This document shows positions 18,138 to 27,783 of a stretch of DNA of 64,000 nucleotides, piece by piece. The stretch's first letter is position 1. Each line of letters opens with the position of its first letter. The DNA is from Pantanalinema sp. (lineage in GTDB: Bacteria > Cyanobacteriota > Sericytochromatia > S15B-MN24 > UBA4093). A program made the translations under genes and the position numbers. The stretch spans positions 971-64,970 of the forward strand of contig DATNQI010000019.1 in the NCBI GenBank assembly GCA_036704125.1, read 5' to 3'. The notes under the pieces were generated by a model, which saw only the letters and a list, made by a program, of their open reading frames with translations, searched no databases and was not told the origin of the DNA.

Positions 18138-20749
18138 CCCGGGTCTTATCGCGCGCGCTGCCTGAAGCTGCCTTGCTCGCGGCCTCGGCGCACCGCGTCG
18201 TCACCCCCAACGAGCGGGCGGCAAGGGCCCTCGGGGTCGAGCCCTGTTCGCTGCAGGGGCTGGCGACGAACATTCTCTCGGAGGCGGGTTTTGCGATCGC
18301 CTCCCCGCTACTTGCGGTGCGCCTCTTCAGGCAGGCCGCCGCGAGCCTGGGCGAGGCCCCCGATCTGGCCGTGACCATGGCTGCGACGGTGCGCGAGCTG
18401 TTCCGCACGGGGGCCGACCTGGAAGCCCTCGTTTCCTCTGCACCGCCCCGCGCCGCCAGGGTGGCGCGCCTTGCCTTCGCCTACCGCTCGGCCTTGCGCG
18501 CGAAGCGCCTGGTGGACGATGCCGAGTGCCTGCGCGTGGCGGCAGGGCGGGTGGAGGGCACACAAGTCCTGCTCGTGGCGGGTTACCCGCGCCTTGGCGA
18601 AGACGAGGTCGCCTTCCTCGACGCGATCGCAGGGCCCGCCTCGCGCGTCCACCTCCCGAACACCGGCGAGGCCCTCTTCTTCGAGAATGCCCTGGTGGCC
18701 GATTCCCTGGAGGCGCGCGGCTGGATGGTGGAGCGCCCGGAGGGCGCAAGGCCGTTCACCGGGCGCTACCTGGCGCCGGCCTTCGCACCGGTCCCGCCGC
18801 GGGCCTATCGCTACGCCAACCTCGAGGCCGAGGTGCGCGGGGCGCTCGCGCGCCTCAAGGTCCTCTTGAACAAGGGGATGCGCCCGGATCAGGTGGCTCT
18901 GGTCGCACGTGACGATGTGGCCTACGGCCCGATGGTCATGGCGATCGCCTGGGAGTACGGCCTGGACATCGGCGCCTTCTACGCGGTGCCCCTCGCCGCG
19001 ACCCACGTTGGCGCCTGGCTGCGCCTTGCGATGGAGGTCGTGAATGGCGCCTTCCCCTATGAGACGACGGCGCGGCTGCTTGGCCATCGGCTCTCGGAGC
19101 GCCTGTCGCCCGAGGTCTGGGGCCAGGTCAGGAAGGGCCACCCGGTTGGCCTGGACGCATGGGTTGGCGTTTGCCCCGAACTGGGCCTGCTCGCATGGCC
19201 CGAGCGCGCAAGCAGGGCCGGATGGCGGCACCTGTTGCAGCAGATGCTCGATGGCTTCGACGTCTCGGAGCGCGCCGGCCGTTCGCCGCGCGAGGTGCTG
19301 GCGCTAGGCAAGCTGCACGAAGGGCTCGACACCCTTGCGCAGCCCGGGGACGAGACGCTGAGCCGGCATGGCTTCGAGGCCGAGCTGGTAGATTTGCTCA
19401 GCCTTCTCTCGGTGCCCGCCCATCCCGACGCGAAGGGTGTCGCCCTGCACACGCCGCTCTCGCTCTACGGGGCACGCTATCGCCACCTCATGGTGCTCGG
19501 GATGGCGGAGGGGCACTTCCCCGTGCGCGTCGAGAACGACCCGGTGCTTGACTTCCATGAGCGCAGGGCCCTCGAAGCGCTGGGGTGTCGTCTCGAAGGC
19601 GCAGCCTCGGCCGCGCGCCGCGAGGCTCTCTCGTTCTGGGCGTTGTTGCAAGTGGCCACCGAGGGCCTGGAGCTGTCGTATGCCGAGCTGGCGAACGGGG
19701 AGGCGCTGCTCCCTAGCCCCTACCTCGCGGATCTCGCCGCGGCCCTCGCGGATCCGCCCTCCGTTCCCGCGTGCAGCCCCGAGGAGTCGCGTCCCGCCCG
19801 CCTGCGAGGCGCGTACTGCGACGATCCGGTCTTGCCCTTCGCGCTCCACTCCCATCGCGTCGAGTGGGGCCGCGAGGCTTCGCCTGAATACGACCATTTC
19901 GACGGGGTTCCCGGCGTGCCGGTGGACCCGGCGACACGCCGCTTCAGCGCGTCCCAGCTCGTGACCATCGGCCAGTGTCCCTTCAAGTGGTTTGCCCAGC
20001 GCCTCTTGCGCCTGGCGGATCCCGAGGAGGTCGAAGGCGAGCTGAGCCCGGGGCTGCGGGGCACCCTCTTTCACCGGGCGCTGGAGCTTGCGGTCGAGGG
20101 GGCCTTGCCGCTCTTGGCCCCCCGTGCCCACGTCCTCTCGCGCCTCGACGAGGCCTTCGCTCGAGCCGAGGTCGAGTTGCAGGTCCAGGCCGTGAGCGCA
20201 TGGACCGCGCAGCGTGACTTTCACCTGAAAACCCTGCGCGCCGCGGTGGAGGCCCCGGGCTTCGTGGCCGACGGTGCGGCCATCGTCCAGGTCGAGGGCA
20301 GGTTCACGGGCCGCGCCTTCGGCCTGAACTTCATCGGGTACGTGGACCGGATCGATCGCACCGACGACGGGCTGGTGTTCGTCGACTACAAGACCTCCTC
20401 CTCGCCGCCCAAGGGGGCCAAGGACGACGAGGGCAAGCCCAAGGTGGATGTGCAACTGCCGCTCTACATGGAGGTGGCGGCCCCCGCCCTCTTCCCGGGC
20501 GAGCCGGTGGCAGGGGCGCACTACTACTCTTTGACCAAGGGCGAGGTCCTCAAGAAGGCCGTCCCGAGCCCCGGCGACCTGGAGCGGCTGACCGGCAAGG
20601 TGAAGGCCCATCTCGAAGCGGGAAGCTACCCGGTGGCGCCCGACGTAGACGAGGCCTCGTGCCTGTATTGTGACCTGGCGCTGGTCTGTCGCTCGGGGCC
20701 GCGCCTGGCTCGCAAGCAGATGGGTGGAGAGGAAAACACGAACGCATGA
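18134..20749 (+). CDS. AddB-like RecB-family nuclease (PD-(D/E)XK with C-terminal Cys cluster), helicase-nuclease complex subunit B-like
   Basis: C-terminal nuclease motifs (…GYVDRIDRTDDGLVFVDYKTS…) and a Cys cluster (CLYCDLALVC) sit on an AddB-like inactive N-terminal region. ATG 18134 overlaps the upstream stop and is translationally coupled to the downstream helicase (ATGA at 20746). Confidence 0.7.
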   Translation: MTRVLSRALPEAALLAASAHRVVTPNERAARALGVEPCSLQGLATNILSEAGFAIASPLLAVRLFRQAAASLGEAPDLAVTMAATVRELFRTGADLEALVSSAPPRAARVARLAFAYRSALRAKRLVDDAECLRVAAGRVEGTQVLLVAGYPRLGEDEVAFLDAIAGPASRVHLPNTGEALFFENALVADSLEARGWMVERPEGARPFTGRYLAPAFAPVPPRAYRYANLEAEVRGALARLKVLLNKGMRPDQVALVARDDVAYGPMVMAIAWEYGLDIGAFYAVPLAATHVGAWLRLAMEVVNGAFPYETTARLLGHRLSERLSPEVWGQVRKGHPVGLDAWVGVCPELGLLAWPERASRAGWRHLLQQMLDGFDVSERAGRSPREVLALGKLHEGLDTLAQPGDETLSRHGFEAELVDLLSLLSVPAHPDAKGVALHTPLSLYGARYRHLMVLGMAEGHFPVRVENDPVLDFHERRALEALGCRLEGAASAARREALSFWALLQVATEGLELSYAELANGEALLPSPYLADLAAALADPPSVPACSPEESRPARLRGAYCDDPVLPFALHSHRVEWGREASPEYDHFDGVPGVPVDPATRRFSASQLVTIGQCPFKWFAQRLLRLADPEEVEGELSPGLRGTLFHRALELAVEGALPLLAPRAHVLSRLDEAFARAEVELQVQAVSAWTAQRDFHLKTLRAAVEAPGFVADGAAIVQVEGRFTGRAFGLNFIGYVDRIDRTDDGLVFVDYKTSSSPPKGAKDDEGKPKVDVQLPLYMEVAAPALFPGEPVAGAHYYSLTKGEVLKKAVPSPGDLERLTGKVKAHLEAGSYPVAPDVDEASCLYCDLALVCRSGPRLARKQMGGEENTNA

Positions 20750-23307
20750 GTCTCACGCCGGAACAGGAACGCGCCGCCCATGCCCCCGCCAGCGTGTCGG
20801 TGACGGCGGGGGCGGGCACGGGCAAGACCCACATGCTCACCGCGCGCTACCGTCATCACCTGGAAGCGCACGGCCTCTCGCCGCTCGAGATCGTGGCCGT
20901 CACCTTCACCAAGAAGGCCGCCGCCGAGATGCGATCGCGCATCCGGGAAATGGTCGCAACCTCGATGCAGGCCACCCCCGACCTGGTGGCGGAGCTCGAG
21001 GCCGCTCCCATCAGCACCCTGCACGTGCTCGCAGCGCGCATCTGCCGCGAGCACCCCGAGGCCGCCGAGGTCCCGCCCGACTTCGCTGTGCTCGATGAGC
21101 TGGAGGGCAAGCTGTGGCGAGAGGAGCGGATCGCCGAGCTGTTCACGGCGCTGCCCGAGACGATTCTCGAGGCGGTTCCCTTCTCGCTCCTGGACCCCGC
21201 CATCCGGGCGTTCCTCGACGATCCCTGGACCGCGCAGCGGGCACTGAGGCAGGATCCCGGCGCCTGGGCCGGCATGGCGCGCGAGGCGCGAAAGGAGGCC
21301 GCCGAGGCCCTGTTCGCGGATGAGACCTGGACGCAGACCGTCGGTTCGGTGCGCTCCCTTGTCGGTCCCGAGGGGGATGCGATCGAGAACACCAGGCGCT
21401 CGGCCCTTTCAGGCCTGGAATCGCTCGAGTCGGCGCACCAGGCGGGCACGAGCTTGCGTCAGGCGCTCGAGGCCCTTCAGGCCTTGCCGATGCGGGGCGG
21501 ATCCAAGAAGAACTGGGGCGAAGAGAAATTCGAGGCCGTCAAGGTGGCCCTCAAGGCGCTGCGCGAACTCGTCGGGGATGCTCTGAAGGCCGGGCTCCTC
21601 ACCCTCGAGCTGGGCGAGGCCGATCGCGTCTTGGCCGATCTCTTGCCTCTCCTGAGGGAGGCTTACGCCCTGGCCACGGCGCACATGGCCCGAGCCAAGC
21701 GAGAGGCCAAGGTGCTGGATTTCAGCGACCTGGAGCTCGGGGCCCTGCGCGCCCTCGGCCAGCTCGAGGTCGTGGCCTACTACGCCGCGCGCTGGAAGGC
21801 GTACTTGGTGGACGAATTCCAGGACACCAACCCGGTCCAGGCCGAGCTGCTCGAGCGCCTCACGGGAGGGGCGATCCTCACGGTGGTCGGCGACGAGAAG
21901 CAGGCCATCTACGGCTTCAGGCGGGCGGACGTGGCGGTCTTCCGGCGCTTTCGCGCTCGCATCGTGGCCGAAGGCGGCCTGCATGTCTCGTTGACTAAGA
22001 GCTTCCGCACTCACGGGGAACTGCTGGCCCCCCTCAATCGGCTTTTCGAGCCCGTCCTGGGCGAGCTGCACCAGGCGCTCGTCGCGACGCGGCAGGAGCA
22101 TCCGGCAGGGACGCCCGTGGTGGTCGCTTTTTCCGTCGCAACGGACAAGGAGTTGCACAAGGGTGTGGACAAGTCGGCGCGTCAGCGATCCGAGGCGAAG
22201 CGCCTCGCGCGGCAGCTCAGGGAGCTGCTGGACGCGGGTGCCCTCGTCCTCGACAAGCCCAAGTGCGCGTTGCGCCCCATCCGGCCCGGGGACGTGGCCA
22301 TCCTCGCGCGCACCTGGGAGCCGCTCGAGGTCTACGGCGAGGCGCTCGCCGCGGAGGGCATCCCGTTCGTGCATGCCGGGGGCGGAAGCCTGATGGATAC
22401 CCGCGAGGCGAGGGACGGCTGGGCCTTGCTGCGCTTCTTGGCGAGTCCCGAGGACGACCTGGCCCTGGTCGCGGTGCTGCGCAGTCCCTTCTTCGCCCTG
22501 AGCGATCGCGCCCTGCTCGGCTTCGCCGCAGCCCTGCCCGCGGCCGGCGGCTACTGGCAGGCCCTGAAGGCGCTCGAGAACCCGTCCGCCGAGTGGGGCA
22601 GGGCGAGGGATATTCTCGGCCCCCTGCTCAGGACCGCACGCGCCGAGTCCGCGAGCCGGGCCCTGCAGGAGGTGGATCGGTACTGCGGCTACACGGCGGT
22701 GCTCGCGAACCTGCCCAATCCGGTGCGGCGCCTGGCGGACTGGCGAGCGTTCCTCGACTTCGTGCGGGGCCTGGAGGGCGACGGGACCGATCTCTTCCCC
22801 CTGGTGCGGCGCCTGCGCCGCTTGCTGGATGCCGAGGTGAACGTGCCACGCCCGTCCCTGGAGGCCCGGGATGCGGTCTCGCTCATGACCGTCCACGCCT
22901 CCAAGGGCCTGGAGTGGCCGCTGGTGGTGGTGCCTGACCTGGCGCGCTCGGCGCCTGCGGGGCGCGATCGCGTCCTGCTGGACGCCGAGCGGGGCGTGGC
23001 CCTGGGCCTGGGCAAGGAGCTGGAAGGAAGCGGCGATCCTGCCCTCTTCACCATCCTGAAGCAAGAGCAGCTCGCGCGCGAGGCGGCCGAGGCGAGGCGG
23101 GTGATGTACGTGGCGATCACCCGGGCGCGAGACTACCTCATGCTCACCTCCACCGATCCCAGGGGCGGCAGCATGGACTTCCTCTCCCCCGGATTCGCCG
23201 CAGCGGGGCTCGTCGTCGAGGCGGCACCCTTCGAGGCGGAGGATGCCCTGCCCCCGGAGCCTCGACTTCCGCCTCCGCCCGAGCCGCCTGAGAGCCACCT
23301 CTTCTGA
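20746..23307 (+). CDS. UvrD/PcrA-family SF1 helicase (AddA-like but lacking a C-terminal nuclease domain)
   Basis: Walker A (GAGTGKTHML) with motifs I–VI of UvrD-like helicases (…VDEFQDTNP…, …SFRT…, …VHASKGLEWP…VMYVAITRAR…). The protein ends after helicase domain 2A with a Pro-rich tail. Confidence 0.8.
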   Translation: MSLTPEQERAAHAPASVSVTAGAGTGKTHMLTARYRHHLEAHGLSPLEIVAVTFTKKAAAEMRSRIREMVATSMQATPDLVAELEAAPISTLHVLAARICREHPEAAEVPPDFAVLDELEGKLWREERIAELFTALPETILEAVPFSLLDPAIRAFLDDPWTAQRALRQDPGAWAGMAREARKEAAEALFADETWTQTVGSVRSLVGPEGDAIENTRRSALSGLESLESAHQAGTSLRQALEALQALPMRGGSKKNWGEEKFEAVKVALKALRELVGDALKAGLLTLELGEADRVLADLLPLLREAYALATAHMARAKREAKVLDFSDLELGALRALGQLEVVAYYAARWKAYLVDEFQDTNPVQAELLERLTGGAILTVVGDEKQAIYGFRRADVAVFRRFRARIVAEGGLHVSLTKSFRTHGELLAPLNRLFEPVLGELHQALVATRQEHPAGTPVVVAFSVATDKELHKGVDKSARQRSEAKRLARQLRELLDAGALVLDKPKCALRPIRPGDVAILARTWEPLEVYGEALAAEGIPFVHAGGGSLMDTREARDGWALLRFLASPEDDLALVAVLRSPFFALSDRALLGFAAALPAAGGYWQALKALENPSAEWGRARDILGPLLRTARAESASRALQEVDRYCGYTAVLANLPNPVRRLADWRAFLDFVRGLEGDGTDLFPLVRRLRRLLDAEVNVPRPSLEARDAVSLMTVHASKGLEWPLVVVPDLARSAPAGRDRVLLDAERGVALGLGKELEGSGDPALFTILKQEQLAREAAEARRVMYVAITRARDYLMLTSTDPRGGSMDFLSPGFAAAGLVVEAAPFEAEDALPPEPRLPPPPEPPESHLF

Positions 23308-23312
23308 GAACG

Positions 23313-23347
23313 ACCAGGGGCCCGGCGAGTCTCGCCGGGCCCCTGGT
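23313..23347. terminator. bidirectional terminator hairpin between helicase gene and convergent clostripain-like gene
   Basis: Perfect inverted repeat accaggggcccggcgag-tc-tcgccgggcccctggt. Confidence 0.6.
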
Positions 23348-23358
23348 GTGTTCGGGAT

Positions 23359-24636
23359 TTACTTCTTGAGGTAGCTCTGCAGGAACTTGGCCCACTGGGT
23401 GGTGCCGAAGATCTGGTGCGAACCGTCGCTGTAGGCGGCGTTGTAGGTCTCGAGGCCGAAGTAGATCTTGAGGCCGGTGAAGGCGCCGCCGGGCAGGCGG
23501 TTGGTCATGCTCAGGACGACCGAGCGCGTCAGCTGGGTGTTCACTTCCTTGGCGAGGGCCTTGGTCGTGGCGGGCAGGCTCGACTCCTGGATCAGGTTGC
23601 AGAAGAGGCCCAGGTCGATGGCGTCCTCTTCGCCGCTGCCGGTGGCCGAGAGGTTCGCGGCCTTGTTGACGACGCCGGCGAGGGCGGCCTTGAAGGCGGG
23701 GGTCGAAAGGCCGGCCTGCAGGTCGGTGGCCAGCGCGTTGACGCCGGGGACGACGCGATCCTTGAGCTTCTGGAGGTCGATCGACGAGAGGGTCGACTCC
23801 TGGTTGGCCTTCTTGTACCAGGCGCTGTAGGTCTCGACGATCTTGCTCGAGAACTCGCGGGGGTACATGCCGGGGGTCTTCGAGAGGGCCGAGGTCAGGG
23901 ACTGGTAGTCCCAGCCGTCGCCGGGCTCGACCTTCTCGGACGAGACCAGGAAGTCCGCCACGTCGCGCAGCTGATAGGCCGTCTCGGCGTGGCCCAGAAG
24001 GCAGGTGTCGAAGCCGATCACGTCGAACTTGGCCTTGCTCGACACCTTCTGGGTGGCGCGCCACAGGTCGACCAGGTTGAGGTTGTTGCCGCTCTGATCG
24101 TCCCAGCAGAAGGACTTGAGGTGGTTGGGCGAGGCGAAGGCGCCGCCGCCGTGGTTCCACATGACGAGCATCGAGCGCTTGGAGGGATAGTTCTTGGTGC
24201 CCCAGTTGATGAACTTCTCGAGGGTCGCCGACGAGCCGGTGTCGACTTCCTTGGAGGCCTTGGGGATGACCGCGCCGCCGTCGTCGATGACGGGCGAGAC
24301 GAGGGTGCTGTTCACGCCCTTGGGGTCGTTCTTGATCTCGACGATGCGCGAGTCGCCTTCGCGGTCCTGGTCGACGAGGGCCACGACCTTCACGCGCTCG
24401 GAGGTCAGGCCGGCTTCCATCTCGTTGAGGTCCTTGGCGGCGAAGGGCGAGAGGTTGTTGTCACCCGCGATGTAGACGAAGACCGTCCAGTCCGAGGCGC
24501 CCGCCTTGGAGCCCTTGGTGCCCTGGGCGTTCATGTCCCCGGCGCCGCCGCCGAACAGCCCCGCGGGCATCACGCCGCAACCGGTCACCATGAGCGAAGT
24601 GGCAAGGCTGAGAAGCAGGGCGGATTTCTTGAACAT
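23359..24636 (-). CDS. clostripain-family (C11) cysteine peptidase lipoprotein
   Basis: Lipobox signal (LMVTGC), the C11 hallmark motifs (VFVYIAGDNNL, MWNHGGG, IGFDTCL), and RBS GGAGGT before the ATG. Confidence 0.75.
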   Translation of the reverse strand: MFKKSALLLSLATSLMVTGCGVMPAGLFGGGAGDMNAQGTKGSKAGASDWTVFVYIAGDNNLSPFAAKDLNEMEAGLTSERVKVVALVDQDREGDSRIVEIKNDPKGVNSTLVSPVIDDGGAVIPKASKEVDTGSSATLEKFINWGTKNYPSKRSMLVMWNHGGGAFASPNHLKSFCWDDQSGNNLNLVDLWRATQKVSSKAKFDVIGFDTCLLGHAETAYQLRDVADFLVSSEKVEPGDGWDYQSLTSALSKTPGMYPREFSSKIVETYSAWYKKANQESTLSSIDLQKLKDRVVPGVNALATDLQAGLSTPAFKAALAGVVNKAANLSATGSGEEDAIDLGLFCNLIQESSLPATTKALAKEVNTQLTRSVVLSMTNRLPGGAFTGLKIYFGLETYNAAYSDGSHQIFGTTQWAKFLQSYLKK

Positions 24637-24696
24637 GGTGACCTCCGAAGTGGTTGGGTTGGTGCCTGTTTGAAGGTTATCGGTTGTGCGAGGGTG

Positions 24697-24719
24697 TAAC
24701 TGTCGTTAAAAAACAGTTA
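24697..24719. promoter_or_regulatory. perfect palindrome TAACTGT-N9-ACAGTTA (operator-like) upstream of clostripain-like gene
   Basis: 7-bp inverted arms around an AT-rich centre (cgttaaaaa), 60-83 bp upstream of start 24636. Confidence 0.4.
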
Positions 24720-24740
24720 AAAGTGCTGCGAGGCGGATCC

Positions 24741-24774
24741 AAAAAAACCGCCCCCCGGAAGGCTCCGGGGGGCG
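24741..24774 (-). terminator. rho-independent terminator for the PA-repeat gene (minus strand)
   Basis: ccgccccccgg-aaggct-ccggggggcgg flanked by A7 on the plus strand, which is U7 downstream on the minus strand. Confidence 0.75.
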
Positions 24775-24790
24775 GCGCGGGGCGGGATTC

Positions 24791-25699
24791 TTACAGGTTC
24801 TTGAGCATGTGCATGTAGGCGTCGGCGGCTTCCTTGAGCAGTTGCGCCTGCTGGAAGAGCGCGGAGTTCTCGCCGGCCTGGCCCTTGGTGGCGGTGAGCT
24901 GCTCGGTCAGCGTGATGATCTCGGTGACCGGCGCCCGGGTGGCCGCAGCGTGCGCGAGCCCTTCGTAGAGGGTCGCGAGCTGCGACTGGATCTGCTCGAT
25001 CCCGGTCGTCAGCTGGTTGACCGCCGAGACGAGGTGGGTCAGGGTCTCGTTGCGATCCGCGCTGGTCGCGAGGCGGACGGCGCCGCTCGGGGCCACCGGG
25101 GCCATCGCCGGGACGAACGGGTTTGCCTCGACCGCGATCGCAGCCGGCACCGACGGGGCCTGCGGGATCGAGACGATCGGGGCGGGAGCCGGCGCATAGA
25201 CCGGCTCGACGCGAGCGGGTTCGGGGGCCGGGGCTGCGAACACGGGCTCGACGGGCGGGGCTGCGAACACGGGCTCGACGGGCGGGGCCGCGAACACGGG
25301 CTCGACGGGCGGGGCCGCGAACACGGGCTCGACGGGCGGTGCCGCGAACACGGGAGCCGCCGGCGGTGCCGCGAAGACCGGATCGGCCGCAGGAGCCTCG
25401 AAGGCCGGATCGCTGGTGAAGCTCGCGATCAGATCGTTGATCTCGGTGTCGACCGAGGGGCTCGCGAACGGATCGAGCGAAGCGGCATCGAAGGCGGGGG
25501 GCTGGGCGGCGGCCGGTGCGGCTGGAGCCTCGAAGGGGAGCCCCTGGGGCTCGAAGCTGGGCGCCTGCGGCTCGAAGCCGACCGGCATCGGGTCGTTGGC
25601 GGTCTGGTAGAGGGCGAGCAGGTCGTTCAGGGTCGCGTCGTCGCCGCTGCCGGCGGGATCCTGGCCCCCCCAGTAGTTGCCCGTCTGGCCGGCGGGCAT
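24791..25699 (-). CDS. Pro/Ala-rich repeat protein with conserved C-terminal coiled-coil-like domain; function unknown
   Basis: Five tandem PVFAAPPVE repeats and a C-terminal …LTHLVSAVNQLTTGIEQIQSQLATLYEGLAHA… region. ATG 25697-25699 is suggested; GTG at 25735 is an alternative. It lies immediately downstream of lepA on the same strand. Confidence 0.5.
   Translation of the reverse strand: MPAGQTGNYWGGQDPAGSGDDATLNDLLALYQTANDPMPVGFEPQAPSFEPQGLPFEAPAAPAAAQPPAFDAASLDPFASPSVDTEINDLIASFTSDPAFEAPAADPVFAAPPAAPVFAAPPVEPVFAAPPVEPVFAAPPVEPVFAAPPVEPVFAAPAPEPARVEPVYAPAPAPIVSIPQAPSVPAAIAVEANPFVPAMAPVAPSGAVRLATSADRNETLTHLVSAVNQLTTGIEQIQSQLATLYEGLAHAAATRAPVTEIITLTEQLTATKGQAGENSALFQQAQLLKEAADAYMHMLKNL
25233..25380. 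repeat. in-frame 27-bp tandem repeat (about 5 copies) inside the PA-rich gene
   Basis: The unit ggctcgacgggcggggccgcgaacacg is repeated with minor variation and encodes PVFAAPPVE. Confidence 0.85.
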
Positions 25700-25776
25700 C
25701 CCTTCGGAGGGGTTGTTGAGAAACGGCAAGTCCACGTTCTGATTCCGCCTTTCGTGTTTTGATGACCCCGCGGGGG

Positions 25777-27582
25777 CTACTCGCCGAGCTTCAGGACGGC
25801 CATGAAGGCTTCCTGCGGAATTTCGACGCGACCGACCTGCTTCATGCGCTTCTTGCCTTCCTTCTGCTTCTCGAGCAGCTTGCGCTTGCGGGAGATGTCG
25901 CCCCCGTAGCACTTGGCGAGCACGTTCTTGCGCATGGCGCTGATCGTCTCGCGGGCGACGACCTTGTTGCCGATCGTCGCCTGGATGGGGACCTCGAACA
26001 TCTGCCGGGGGATCAACTCCCGGAGCTTCTCGGCGAGCTGTCGACCGACCGACTGGGCGCGATCCTTGTGGATGATGGCCGAGAGGGCGTCGACGATCTC
26101 ACCTGCCAGCTGGATGTCCAGCTTGACCAGCCTGGACTCCCGGTAGCCGACCAGCTCGTAGTCCATGGACGCATAGCCCTTGGTCCTGCTCTTGAGCTGA
26201 TCGAAGAAGTCCGAAACGAGTTCCGCAAGCGGAATCTCGTAGGTCAACTGGGTCCGGTCGGTGCTGAGGTATTCCATGTTGATGAATACCCCACGCTTCC
26301 CTTGCGCTAACTCCATCACGGCGCCCACGTAGTCGGAGGGGGCGATGACGGAGACCTTGACGTAGGGCTCCTCCATCTTCTCGATCTTGACCGGATCGGG
26401 GAGGTTGGTGGGATTGTCGACCATGACGACCTCGCCGCCGATCTTGGTGATCCGGTAGACGACCGAGGGGGCCGTGGCGAGCAGGGTCAGGCCGTACTCG
26501 CGCTCGAGGCGCTCCTGGATGATCTCCATGTGGAGCAGGCCCAAAAAGCCGCAGCGGAAGCCGAAGCCGAGCGCAGTCGAGCTCTCGGGCTCCCACTGAA
26601 GCGAGGCGTCGTTGAGGGTCAGCTTCTCGAGGGCCTCGCGCAGCTGGGGGTAGTCCTCGGCGCTGGTCGGGTAGAGACCGCAGAAGACCATGGGCACGGC
26701 CTGCTTGTAGCCGGGCAGGGCCTCCTTGGCGGGGTTGTTCGCCAGGGTGATGGTGTCGCCCACCCGCGCGTCCTGGACGTTCTTGATGGCGCCTGCCAGG
26801 TAGCCGACCTCGCCGATGCCGAGCTCCTGGACCGGGGTCTGCTTGGGGCGCAGGACGCCCAGCTCGGTGATGGTGATCTGGGCGCCGGTCGCCGCCATGC
26901 GGATGGTGTCGCCGACCTTGAGCTTGCCGTTGAAGACGCGGAAGAAGACGACCACGCCCCGGTAGGCGTCGTAGTACGAGTCGAAGATGAGCGCCTGCAA
27001 AGGAGCGGCCGGATCGCCCTTGGGCGCGGGGATCTTGGCGACGATCTGCTCGAGGATGTCCTGGATGCCGATGCCCGCCTTGGCCGAGGCGAGCACCGCG
27101 TCGGAAGCATCGAGGCCGATCACGTCCTCGATCTCCTTCTTGACGCGCTCGGGCTCGGCACCCGGCAGATCGATCTTGTTGAGGACCGGGACGATCTCGA
27201 GGTCGTGCTCGAGGGCCAGGTAGACGTTGGCGAGGGTCTGGGCCTCGACGCCCTGCGAGGCGTCCACCACCAGGATCGCGCCCTCGCAGGCGGCCAAGGA
27301 GCGCGAGACCTCGTAGGTGAAGTCCACGTGGCCCGGGGTGTCGATCAGGTTGATGACGTAGTCCTGGCCGTCGTTCGCGCGGTAGTCGAGGCGCACGGCC
27401 TGGGCCTTGATGGTGATGCCGCGCTCGCGCTCGATGTCCATCGAGTCGAGCAACTGCTCCTCCATCTCGCGGGAGGCGACCGTGCCCGTGAACTCCAGGA
27501 GCCGGTCGGCCAGGGTCGACTTGCCGTGGTCGATGTGGGCGATGATCGAGAAATTCCGGATGCGATCCGTCGGGACGGTCAT
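25777..27582 (-). CDS. lepA: elongation factor 4 (translational GTPase LepA)
   Basis: N-terminus [29 protein letters not shown]… with G1-G5 motifs and the LepA-specific C-terminal domain. Confidence 0.95.
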   Translation of the reverse strand: MTVPTDRIRNFSIIAHIDHGKSTLADRLLEFTGTVASREMEEQLLDSMDIERERGITIKAQAVRLDYRANDGQDYVINLIDTPGHVDFTYEVSRSLAACEGAILVVDASQGVEAQTLANVYLALEHDLEIVPVLNKIDLPGAEPERVKKEIEDVIGLDASDAVLASAKAGIGIQDILEQIVAKIPAPKGDPAAPLQALIFDSYYDAYRGVVVFFRVFNGKLKVGDTIRMAATGAQITITELGVLRPKQTPVQELGIGEVGYLAGAIKNVQDARVGDTITLANNPAKEALPGYKQAVPMVFCGLYPTSAEDYPQLREALEKLTLNDASLQWEPESSTALGFGFRCGFLGLLHMEIIQERLEREYGLTLLATAPSVVYRITKIGGEVVMVDNPTNLPDPVKIEKMEEPYVKVSVIAPSDYVGAVMELAQGKRGVFINMEYLSTDRTQLTYEIPLAELVSDFFDQLKSRTKGYASMDYELVGYRESRLVKLDIQLAGEIVDALSAIIHKDRAQSVGRQLAEKLRELIPRQMFEVPIQATIGNKVVARETISAMRKNVLAKCYGGDISRKRKLLEKQKEGKKRMKQVGRVEIPQEAFMAVLKLGE

Positions 27583-27783
27583 GGGGGCTTCCCTTCTACC
27601 TGTGTCGAGACCTCGAAGCGTCCATTATAGCGCGGAAAGCCGCCGCGAGCGAACCGAATCGGATCCCTGAATTTTAGCGTCGTCTTAAACTCTGCTTAAG
27701 AAAGATCCCCGGCGATCCCTGCGATAGTTCTTGCAGATTTCATAAACATTTCGTCCCGTCCATCTTCGGAAGGAGCGTCCGGT

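Noticed and set aside
25233-25380. CRISPR-like or VNTR intergenic repeat
   Set aside because: The 27-bp units are contiguous with no spacers, they are in frame, and they encode a PVFAAPPVE peptide repeat inside an ORF with normal codon usage.
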